The notes under the pieces: model-generated
Seen by the model: the letters and a program-made list of their open reading frames with translations, nothing else
What the model was told of the DNA's origin: nothing
The model's database searches: none
In this document: piece by piece, positions 52,412 to 64,000 of the stretch
Numbering within the stretch: position 1 is the first letter of the stretch
How the letters are laid out: every line of letters starts with the position of its first letter
Translations under genes and position numbers: made by a program
From: Convolutriloba macropyga
Lineage: Eukaryota
Length of the DNA stretch: 64,000 nucleotides
Direction of reading: 5' to 3'
Assembly: GCF_964194025.1 (NCBI RefSeq)
Contig: NC_134474.1
Location: 60,140,001 to 60,204,000, forward strand

Positions 52412-54904
52412 TTTCTGTTTTTACTATATTAACATATTCTCAATTTGAAATTGTAACCGGTGCCAATTATGAACTCTGAAACAAGTGACAAAATGGTATT
52501 CGAATGACCACTCATTTTTCTTATACGAATCAACGATAAACGATTCAAGATAGAACGATCACGAATCAAGTTTGCTAACGGCTTATCCATGGGAAAAACA
52601 AACTCCGTTGTCATCCGGAAACCCGCTTCAACTTAAACCCGCTTCATGTTTCTGCGTAATGCTTAGAGAGATAGTACCGGCCAAAATAGTTTCCAAGAAG
52701 TTTAAGTAGGAACACCTTAAGTTCAAGTTAGAACAAAAGCATACTTGGCATGTTTCCAGGCACTCTTTTGTCAGAAGTTGAATAATTTTGAGAAGGCTTT
52801 GCATATAAGATTTTCATAAACTTAAACAAATCAGCTCTCTAAAAACAGTCAAAACGGTTGGGCAATCAAAATTTCAACACAACAGAAGACGTTGTTATCA
52901 GTGTAAATGAGCGCACACCCCCGACATCCAATTGCAAATGCATGAATTAACAGCTCAATTCATTCGTAACTGAGAAAATTGCAATAACAATCAAAAGAAG
53001 TTGAACAAAAAACTTAAAGTAAAAAGAAAGTGACCAACATTTTCACAGACAAGAATAAATTCCAATAGGCAAACAAACAGAACAACCTAAAAGTGTTTAA
53101 ATAGGATCTCAACAGGAAGGAAAAAAGAAACTAAACAAAAGTGCATTGTAGAAAAAAATTAACAATTAGTTGGATTTATACTTGACATTAAAAAGAAGCA
53201 TGGAAAAGCAACAGTACCTTAGTTGAACAAGTTTTTTGACCAACTATCAAAAAAAAGCTCAATAGAAACCCCATATTTTAATGGCCACATTTAAAATTTA
53301 AGATAATTGTTCCGACCCACTTTAGTGGGGGAACGAACTATATACTCCAATTGATTTTTTTTGTTCAGTCAATTTTGGCCGCTCGATATAATCATCGTAG
53401 AGAGTTGAGTGGTATCATTAGGAAGCCTGTCTAGCGTGAAATATGGAATTAAGAAGATTTTGTTGAATTTCGCTTTTTACAGGGCGTTACCGAGGTTGTG
53501 AATAGAAGACAATAATCCGTTGTTTTTTTTTTCAATTTTTCGTATTTCTGATCAACTTTTCATCAATTCTGCTAAATAATGTTAAAACTGTTAACGGTAG
53601 TGTGATTGATTTTATCTTTACAGATAGTGGAGTGTTGCTGAATTGTTCGATCCGAGTTTTCTGGCAAGAATTAATGCTAAACTTCTCAAAACTCAGACTT
53701 TCGTCAGAAATGTTTTTTTTTAGCCAGCTTTCTTTAAATTTGCTGGAAGTAGACACCTTAAAATTGCGATCATAATCTTCGTAAGCTAGTTGCACTCCGG
53801 CTTTTGGCATTATGAGTCTTGTGGAATTTTAATTTTGCCAGTTTTTCGCAAATTTAAACTCGATTATTATAAAAATGCATATATTTTTGATATATTGAAA
53901 AATTTTGTTTAAAAAATGATCTATTGCACCCTTTTGCACAATTGAGTGTTTTATCAGCCGCGCATCCATAACTGGGCTGATTTTGATCTCACCATGGATT
54001 TTTTGTCAAAAAATTTCCGCATTTTTTCGAAATATTTCCCCATTAATAGATTTTCAGGTAAATTACAAACAAAAATTCAAATCAGGGCTCAATTATGAAG
54101 ATATCATTCGAAATGAGGCCCAACAAAAATAAATTATGGTTTCAGGTTCACGCTCATGGTTTTTATGGCTGACCAATTGTTTTCGCAAAAATTCAAATTG
54201 GCCTTCATGTTTTATGGCGTTTATGTTTTGCTTTCATTTGCAATATATTTGAAGTCCAATGACTAAGCCTCCACAATCAAAGACCCAAGTGGCTTTTTAA
54301 GAGCTATAAGTGAAACTAGACAATGCTTTCAGTTGTTATATAATGTCTTTTATGACTTTGAAGATATTTGTTTTAAGAAAGTGCCGTAGACATTTTCTTA
54401 AAACAAATTTTATCTTTTTTCTCTCATTCTCTGGCGTAGTCTCAGTAAAAACTAGCGAACGCCATTTCCTGTGAGTTATAATTCAATGTCTGTAACGGTT
54501 TTATAATTTACGAATGGTTTCTTGGTTTTAATACAAAGAGCTAATTTTTTTTTCGATTTTTGAGCGGAATTGCACATTTTATAGGTTCATTTTGTTTTCC
54601 TGTCAAATTAAAACTATACTGACAGTTCCAATTGAAGGAAAGCATAGTTGGGAAAATGCACAGTGTTGAAGAAAGCCGTATCTGAAAATTTTCATCGTTT
54701 TTGTTGAATAGTTTATGCTTTTGGCGGAGATTTTAGCTTTTTTATTTTAGACTATGTTGTCTTCATTTTTTTGTTGTAGGACATATATCTGATAATGATA
54801 TGTCTCAATTGCTTCGCCAGGACGTATAACTGAACCTATTTAAAAATTTCAATCTATAGCTATTAGTTTTAATGATTTTCAAATTCTCTTAAAAAATGAT
54901 TTCG

Positions 54905-55342
54905 ACTCAATTTCACTAATAGGAAATCTGCAATACTTTTGTCAATCCAAAAAGTTTTGTCTCTGCTAAAAATATGTTTTGAATGATGGCTTCGACCATT
55001 TAATATTATAAAATTTTCAAGATACTCTATACTGTTCAATATTGGGCTGTCTTTTGTTGTCATTTCTCCGTAGTCCTTTCGTAAGGAAGAACCGTTGATG
55101 TTCGGATGAGAAGCAAGTGATGTAACTCAATTTCACTAAGAGGAAATCTGCATTACTTTTGTCAATCCAAACATTTTTTCTCTGCTAAAAATGTTTTGAC
55201 GGATGGCTTCGACCATTTAATTTTATAAAATATTCGAGATATTCTATACTGTTCAATTTTGGGCTGTCTTTTTGTTGTCATTTCTCCGTAGTCCTTTCAT
55301 AAGGAAGACCCGTTGATGTTCGGATGAGAAGCAAGTGATGAT
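54905..55342. repeat. ~220-bp tandem duplication
   Basis: actcaatttcactaa...cggatgagaagcaagtgat occurs twice, near identical. Confidence 0.9.
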
Positions 55343-56898
55343 TTACGGTTCCTGCAGATAACAACTTATAACTATATTGCCTTGAACATCGTGTTGTCGA
55401 AAAATTGTTTGTGAAGTTTTTGCTTCTGCCTGTATTTTTGGTTGTTTTGTGGTCTCGTGACTTACTCTCATTAACAGGCCCAATTGGCTTCCTGAGGTGT
55501 TGCAACCTAAAAAAACTCCTTTGCTGAAATTTTATGTCTGTTGTGACTTCTGAAAACATTTGTTTTCAAAAACATTTGGATTTTTGAGTTTCGCCATTTT
55601 TAATTTTTTTTCAATCGATCTGTAGCTTAGTCTCTGTAAAGACAGGTCAAAACCCTTTTCCAGTGAGCTATAATTTAATCTTTGTACCGGTTTTAATTTT
55701 AACCATTGTTTCTCGGCCTTGTTGCTACTGTTACTACGACATTTCATAAAATGTTTTGAGATTTTTATATATTTGTACGTCTTAAAAGATTTTTGTTCTC
55801 TTTTTAAATTACAACATAAATGGTAGGTCCCATAAACATGAAATTAAGAATGGATTCTAAATGGGTTCAAAACGGTCCCGTTTGTTAAACGGCCTGGTTT
55901 AATTTCAGACAATTAATAGATATCGCATATTTCCAGAGCCGGGAGAGCACTTAATGCCCTTCGGGCACTACCTGTTTATCCCGTATTTGAGGACGAGATG
56001 TCAAATGGATCAGACAAAAAAATCGGTCAAGCTAAAAATGGCATAAAAAAAGACCGACAGCACTAATATAATTGCTACAAACTTCGTTTGAGAGCAATTA
56101 AAAATAAACGATTGATTGGCAACAAAAATCTCAAAAAACCTCATCCTTTAAAATAATTTACATTTTGGAAATCAAATAGCAATTAATAGCTGGAACGCAA
56201 AACAATGCGAATGTTTCTGAAACCAAAACTAAGGGCATCTAAGTCGTTTCATACAAGGAGAAAACCCATTCCACTGACGATATGAATTAACTTAAAATCA
56301 CTCACGAAGTCGAATAAGTAAACATTATGTTTGAAACACTGTTCAGAACTGAAAAGCAGACTACAGATATAATGTAGGTTGTGAAACAGCATAAAGAATC
56401 AGTCTAGCTGTCCTAGAAAAGGATAGCAACTTTTGTGTACTAATATGCAAATACTATTTTTCAGACTCAGCAGACAACAAACAAAACCGCTTCAGGTGAC
56501 TAAGCGTAGTTCAGTTTTAAAGCTCAGAGTTGTCGAAGCACTATTAAATAATTTTAATAACTTTTTCACGAAAAACGTTAATATTTATAAACAGTTTTCA
56601 TTAAATGGCATTGGTGTTGTAATAACGCATTAAAACAGCACTACTGTTAACGATGAAACAAATCTCAACAATTGGCTGAAACTGAAAACAAACATCAGAT
56701 ATCAAGATCGAACACAACAATACCTGACAAACAAGAACTGTTTGTTAATTGCGCCGATAAACTTCATCATTTCTCTTTTACAGCTACGCACTCTTACGCG
56801 AACAACAATAAAGTATAGATTTGCATACCAACATCGCATTAATATATACGGTTGTACGTTTATATTACAGCAAAGCTCAACATTAGGTTGCTGTGATC

Positions 56899-57321
56899 AT
56901 GGACAATATTTTGGATTCCACTGTCAACTCAACTATGAATACGACTACGTTTGGGGTTTCAGTAGGAATCACTGCATTTTCTGTGTTTGTGGCCCTTGCA
57001 GGAATATTTTTCGGAGGAATCTTAATCAAAGACGCCTACATTAGAAAGTGAGTTCTTCTAATTGAGTTTCCTCAACTATTATCCTCTAATTAAATTTCTA
57101 AATTTAATTCTTATTAACTTATTGACGCCTATTTTGACAATCCTCTGAATGCGCAGGATTAACTCGGTAAACAAAAAATAATATCCAGATTAACATCAAA
57201 AAACTGCAGATTTAGAGGGCCAAGTTGTAGCCACCTGTGTGACAACGTAACTCAATATCAAATTTCATTTCAGGCAAGTGCAGCTGGCGGTATGTCTGGC
57301 CACTCTCTGGATGTATGTCTT
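56899..57321 (+). CDS. putative membrane protein, exons 56899-57047 and 57274-57321 (possible third exon 58936-59041)
   Basis: MDNILDSTVNSTMNTTTFGVSVGITAFSVFVALAGIFFGGILIKDAYIR(K) has two N-glycosylation sequons then a hydrophobic helix. Donor gtgagt, acceptor ttcatttcag, in-phase QVQLAVCLATLWMYV, donor gtaagt. Confidence 0.5.
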
Positions 57322-60300
57322 GTAAGTTCCCATCTTCACAAAGTACCACATTAAATACTATATAAACTGAATCATAAATATCTACTAGTATGCATCAAAG
57401 AAGGCAGTGTTTATAGATCCGAGCAAACATTTTGAGTATTCGCAAAACTTTTATCTCTTACAAAATGTTGAAATAAATTGATCAGGAAAAACTGATTAGG
57501 CATCAGCAATGCTTATCCGAGCACAAACAGTACACTAAATAATAGAGCTTTATTCAACCACACAAAAATAATTGTAACCCTAATATAGTTTGAAGTGCTC
57601 ATCTACAAATTAAATCCTGACGCCATCAAAAATTTTAAAATAAAATTCATATATGCTTCCTTTAAGTTAACTACAACCGACATGGGGCCGAGACTTGAAA
57701 CTGAGAAATTCTAAAAAAACGAAGACATTCAGATTCGATTAATTTAAATCTCTGTTGTCAATTCATTTCAAAGATATTACCACCAATTCTAAGATCAAAA
57801 TTTTCTCCTAATGCCTACAAAAACTCTACAACTTTTGCTTAGTATTCAACGCACCATTCATCTAAAATAATTAAAGGACGGCGTTGAAAAAAACGCTTCT
57901 TTTTGATTACCAACTTTGACAAACCCAAGAAAGGAGATTCTCAACTGGCAGTAATGTTGAAATATAACATGGCAAAACAATCAAAGTATCAGTGAAAACA
58001 AATTATCAGAACATGAAAACCAAAACATTTTATGAAAAGAAACAAGATGAGAAAATAAACGTTGAAATAAATTTCAGAGAAATTAATTAAATTAACTGTT
58101 TCCTTTAAATTTTCTGCTAGATTATTCATTTGTCGGAAAACTGTGCATAAATTTCAAAATTTGTTTTTTTATAAGGGGTGAACAAGTCTTTAATCTCAGG
58201 ACCAATTTATCTCAAGAAAAAAGGCTATTTAAATTTTTCACCGGATAATTCAGTTTAAAAATTAAAGCCCAGAGCAAATTTACCTAGTATTGCTTACTGA
58301 AAAACAAATTTTCATACTTTAATACTCAGAACAATTGAGGTTCAAATCAACTGCAAGTTATCAATCTTAAAAGCACTTGGACGCAAAACAACGACATGTT
58401 AAAATCTTTTCAAGCATTGAATTTGTAGCTTAATAAACGTTTGTTATATTAGGCTATCGACAAATTTTTTAGGCAGTTACTATCACAAAAGCATGATTCA
58501 AGTTTTAAGAAGATCAAGCCCTTCTGAAAATAACGAGTGTTGTCAAACAATTTCTATGCAGGTTTCTAAACACCAAAATTTAAACTCGCATTCAATAAAA
58601 AGAAAAATTCTCCAATAAGCTCGACAAAAAACTACCAATTAACTAAAAACACGATTCAATTACTGCATAACAAATTATAGAGACATGAATTTTCGTTTTC
58701 AAAAAAAAGAATTATCTAAACGCCCAAAAACGCTGTTACTGGATTCCCCTAAGCTTGTACACTTCTACGCCCATTACTGTCTTTTTAAAACAACAGCATG
58801 ATGCAAATGATACATCTGATCCAATAAAATTATCGAAACAACCAGTGCCATTTATGACCATGTTTTAACTTATGAACAACAGTGACAGTAAGCAAAACTA
58901 GTTCAAATTTGCTTGAGATTGGAAACATCCGTCAGGTTTGTCCACGATGCCTGTTTTCGATCAACCGTGAACCACAGTGACAAGATCTTGTCACCGTTGT
59001 CTACTCACTCGGTCACTGTTATCCACAACATCATCTACACAGTAACAAATTTCAACGAGACAGAACAACGTGTCAATTCAACCAAAATGAAAGAAAGCCT
59101 AACTGGTGATTAATTGCCGAAAAGTCCCTCGCAATATTGATTGTGCATTAAGACAACTGCAAGAAAGAGGCCAATTAAAGCTCAAAATTGTCACGAATTG
59201 TTACGTTATCAGTAAGTTCAAGTGACGAAATTCATGTCCTTATGCGGCTATTCTCCACGGTTAACGTATCGATTTTTAATTGTGAAAAACAGTTACAAAA
59301 ATTATAAAACATGTAAGGAAGTATCGAAAAACCTTAAAAGTCCACAGAAGGCATTACCAAGTATGTAAATTCCTGGCGGTCGTTTTAAAATTAAGCTTGA
59401 TCAAAAGCTTGATTATCAACCTCTTTAAATGTGTAACATTCTCAGAGCCATAAAAACCAAGCACCAACTTCGCCTATATCAATTCATGAATTATGAAGAA
59501 CACTTAATGAAAAACTCCATTCATGTTCACCATCGCTTAGTTTGTTTCCAGTCGAAGCAATGAAAATATACTCTATCATTTTATTTAAAACACCAGAACG
59601 TTTGTTAAACAAGTAAACTAAAATTATAACAAAATGCAACACACTTCTTGTACATAAATCACAGCAAAATTTTAAAATTAATTTACCACCTGATGGAACC
59701 CCAGTTAAATCAATCTGTCTGATTTGTTTCATTCCTAAAGTAATTTATTTCCTCAAAACCTGTGCCATATCACTGTTTTCACCATTGCATATGAGTGAAA
59801 TATTAATGCCTCAAATCTATCAAGCAAAGTTTACGAAGTTCTAGGCTCTATAAAAATAACAGGTCTAAAAAATGACAAAACTTTTGTACGATTGATTTTT
59901 AATCTATAGAAAGGAGCAAGATTTACCGCACCGAAATCAAAGACTCAAGCAGTACTAGGCAGGTGCATATTTCCAATGGTCCATCAATTCAATCAATTTA
60001 TGCGCTCAATCTAATTAAATTGAATTACTTTATTTGAATGCGTCATGGTAATCGGTCAAAATTTTAAACGTGGAAGGATGAGTCCAATGAGACACAGTGT
60101 TTTTTATGGTTCGCCCTAATCGTTTTAATTTTTTTGATTTTAGCGAACCGTTTTGATCCACCACTTAGCAGAAACTCGAAAAAGCCGAAATAAAATTGCA
60201 TGCAAAATACACAGCAATTTTAAATAATTTTCAATCACTAAATGGAACTAGCAGGCGGTGATTGACAACGTTGGACAGTTTAACAGACCAATTTGACTTC

Positions 60301-61561
60301 TAAATCCATTAATATTCCTGCCATTCGCAGTACACACTCATAAACGCAATAGAGCATTTTAGTGCAGCACCATAAATTATTGATTCAAAACGAATTAGAA
60401 TGTCTGGATATTTCAGTACTCTCTTTTGAGTCAAGTCAATATAGCCATTCAGGGATTTAAAAAAGGAAGACCTTCACTTAACGCAATTTTCATTATAAAT
60501 AACAACGGATGCAACATTTCGAACTGCTTGTCACAAACAAAATCCGACGTTGATTTAAAATCTAAGACTGATTAAGCAGGAGTGATAAAGGCCCTGAGAA
60601 TGTGCTTGTAGTGTAAATTTCGACAGCTTTCAAGAAGGTAATGATTAAAGCACGAGCTTAGAGGTTTTCGCAATGATTAAAAAATGACGCATGCAAACTC
60701 GCCTTTAATATTTGAACTAATCACTAAAAATAATCAGAAACATCAAATAAGAAGAGCAACCTCATTGTTTTTTAAGAGCCTTTGAGGGATACCTTAACTA
60801 GCACAACTGCAAGTCAAAAAGAAAATGAACGTTAGTCCAGTTAAAATAAGTACTTCAAATTTTAATGATATTTCACTCTCCAGCACCTAATTCTACAGGT
60901 AACGAGGAACCTGGATACACGTTTGAGCAGCAGAACCACAATTTTTCATAAAAACTATTTTAACTCATCAATGCAATTAAAATAAACCAGCTGTTTTATC
61001 TGCCTGCGTTTAAAGAGCAGTCTTGAGCAAAGTGCCATCCAGTCCAGAGCAATGAGCTATAGCCATTAACAGTATTGAGCGGTATCTACAAATGAAATTA
61101 GAATTACTGACAACTTTTAGATTGCATACAAGAAACGGTGGCATATCACGTCATGGAGCTCAATCTGAGAAACTCAAAATTCCCGATCTGACCCAATGCA
61201 AAAGTTCAAACAAGGGATAAATTTAACAAAAAGGGGATCAAGGAGGCTCGGTTCGCACCATGTTCCAACCCGTTCATCTACACTTTTGGCTTAATTATTT
61301 ACCAAATTAAGTAGACACAGAATACTTTCAATATAAAACAGTACCGAACTCTCAGTGATACTTGATGGATTCTCCAATACAGACGGACGTGTACAAAATG
61401 GAGGTCATTTTTACTTTGCTAGAATGGTCAAAAAGTTGTACTAGAAAAACTATATTCACAAACTCATAAAATCACTAAAAATTTGATTAAAAAATACAAG
61501 GATAAAGTCATAGAAAACTAAAGCCAACAACTGAAGACATACAGGCTGAACAATACCTTAC

Positions 61562-61603
61562 CAAAAATCCAATGGCACCTACCAATAATACGACCAGAAT
61601 GGG
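61562..61603 (-). CDS. isolated 42-nt exon candidate (PILVVLLVGAIGFL in phase 0)
   Basis: Strong acceptor ttttctgcttttag and donor TTG|gtaagg; the gene it belongs to is unresolved. Confidence 0.35.
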
Positions 61604-64000
61604 CTAAAAGCAGAAAATCCCACACCTCCATTCGCGCATTAACTTCTTATGATCCTTGAACTGATGCAAATAAAATTATACAAAAAGCATCGTCGTTTTT
61701 TAATATTTGAAGAATTTCACTCCACCATTAAATTTTAAACGGTGGAGTGCTATTGTTACCCTTAGAGATAGAAAAGCATTGCTGAATTGATTTGATGTTT
61801 TTCGGCTGAAAATTTTGATAAAATTTTAACAATTCGAACTTTCATCAAAAATGGCAACAAATGTGCTTTTTTGGCCTACTTTTTAAAAGTTCGCCAGATG
61901 TATTCACCTAGAAACCTTGAAAAAACTCATTAATTTCCAAAAGAGCACTAGTTGAAATCAGGTGCCCTATGAACTGCACATTAAACTCGATTAATTACAC
62001 AAAAAGCATCGTCGTTTTTTAATAATTGAAGAATTTCACTTCACCGTTGGTGTAATTCGCAAACACTTGGATCAATTGGGCGGTTTGTTGGGCGCGCGGT
62101 AAAATCAGAGATAAATTCGATATCATTGATTCTTACAATCAGCAAATAATCCTATAATCAGTAAATCAGTTTTTATTTTGTTGATGCCTTTTTCAGAAAA
62201 CTTTTCTTTTATTTTTCAATGTTAGTACTGTCGAAATTTTTTATTCACAGCTCCATTAATGACAGCTCCAATTGAAGTAACAATGATGCCGAATGTAGAT
62301 ATAGTTTGTTTTCAGAGAACCTAAATTTTTATGGCTTTGAGGAAGAGTTTAAGTCAACTTCAACTGAATTCTTGTGTTTTGACTTAATTTTTGTTTTTTT
62401 TGCAGTCTGATTAATAAGTCTAACCACTCATAGAACAAAATGGTTTACTCACAAGATGTAAGTGAACCTGTACCAAGCATTAGGTTGTTACCATATGTCT
62501 CTTATATCATTGAATGTATTTCTATTAAGGAAATTTTGCTGATTTTTTGAACGTGTATGTTTTTAAAATTGTTTCAGTCAACTTTTTGCGTATTCTCAGA
62601 AAATACAGGTCAAACTTCCTTCCTTATAGTAACTTTGTGGCGGAGTGTTTTAACAAAACGTTTTCTTGCTTTTGGCACTACAAGTTTTCAAACAAATTTT
62701 TTTTTGTGCATAACTGCCAATTTTCGCTGTTGTTTTTGTTTCCTTGGTAAATTGTCACATTACTTCACCATCTAACTGACAAAATCTTTAAAAAAAACTT
62801 GTAACTAAACATATTTATTGTTTTCATAACATGATTTTAACATAAATGAACTTAATAAATGATATCGGTATATAGCTAATGGTTTTATGGACTTTATTAT
62901 TAAATTTCTATAAAAAAGTATTCTTCAACTTAACCCTTCTTGTTCTGCTATGCGTTTTTTTTCATAGTTTACAATGTTGAATCGTTTTCATAATGTAGCC
63001 TCATTATTGACAGGTCTCTTTAATGTTTTGCCGAACAATAAATTTCCTGTTGTTTAAACAATTTGACTGACGTCTTCAGGGCTTGTTTCCGATGAATTTT
63101 GTTAATATTAGATACTTTTCAATTTTTGTGGTTCTTTTTGCTGTCATTTTGTGATAGTCGTTTTACAAAAAAGACTTTAAGATTATGAAGGAGAAGCAAA
63201 AGAAGATTAATGTTATTTTATAGTCTTATGACTAAGTCTCACTAATAACAGTCGCAATTAGTTTTCCATGGACTTGCAAGATAAACTGTCTACTCGTTTA
63301 GTCAAAAGCTTATGTTGGCTATGGGTTTAAATACCTGTTTTTTAAAAAAGAAAATAGAATTTTTGAGCTTTACCAATCTTGTTTCTGTGAACTTGTAGCT
63401 TAGCATCTCTGTAGACAAATAACATCCCTTCTTATTCATTGAACTACAATTCAATTCTTATAACGGTTTTATTTTTCTCAAATGTTATTTACTCTTGGTA
63501 CAACCAGTTTTCATGAAATACTCGTGATTTTTGCATATTTGCACAATTTTGTAGGTTTTTATTTTCTTTTCACAGTATCACAATAATGGGCGGTCCTCTG
63601 TTCATTTGAAAAAACGCAATCAATGATTTATAATGTTTTTAGTGAACAACTTCATGTTTAATAGGCTGGGAAATAGTTTTCGTGCAAACTTTTTCGAGCT
63701 AATTTTTCGTTTTTGCCTATATTTGTCGTTCTGTTTGTAGTCGTATGACATATCCTGGATCGTGAAAGGTCTCAATCGCTCTCTATGGAGTTATAAAAGA
63801 ATCTCTCAATGATTTCATTTAATGCATAATGTTTATAATCAGTTTGAAATTAATTCGTTTGGAAAAAGTAACTTTTTTTAAACTTTGCCCTTTTGCTCAT
63901 TTCTTGTCGCACCCTTACGAAGTTGCATTGAGGAAAAGTCCCATACTTCCTTCTAATAGAGTACAGTTAAGTCTTCTTAGTATAAGTTTGATCTGATGCC

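Noticed and set aside
53532-53810. ORF with ESWL...ISD, reminiscent of a LINE endonuclease
   Set aside because: Only a short motif resemblance; no other APE motifs found in frame.

Overview
AT-rich, repeat-dense eukaryotic DNA, probably from an invertebrate animal, with GT-AG introns. Three spliced genes lie head-to-tail on the minus strand and can be assembled by hand in phase: an SRSF3/Rbp1-like SR protein (52411->47396, with a candidate 405-nt poison cassette exon), proteasome activator PA28-gamma/PSME3 (35417->18527, 7 coding exons, ~272 aa) and a PHD+JmjC KDM7/PHF8-like demethylase (17194->~5394). A full-length but frameshifted Mag-like Ty3/Gypsy LTR retrotransposon (37295-44081, GCTAC target duplication) sits between the SR gene and PSME3. 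Its likely gag ATG is formed by the LTR/PBS junction, and its Pol has a long tail after the integrase. A small plus-strand membrane-protein gene may start at 56899. Much of the intronic DNA consists of at least three families of non-autonomous Helentron/HINE-like elements (sub-terminal inverted repeats, 3' hairpin, T-tract ends). The most striking pattern is that these elements repeatedly insert at the same spot, the A/T-tract just inside another element's 5' terminal module, building co-oriented Russian-doll stacks (best example 21620-25236). All calls come from reading the sequence by eye; no database search or alignment was run.
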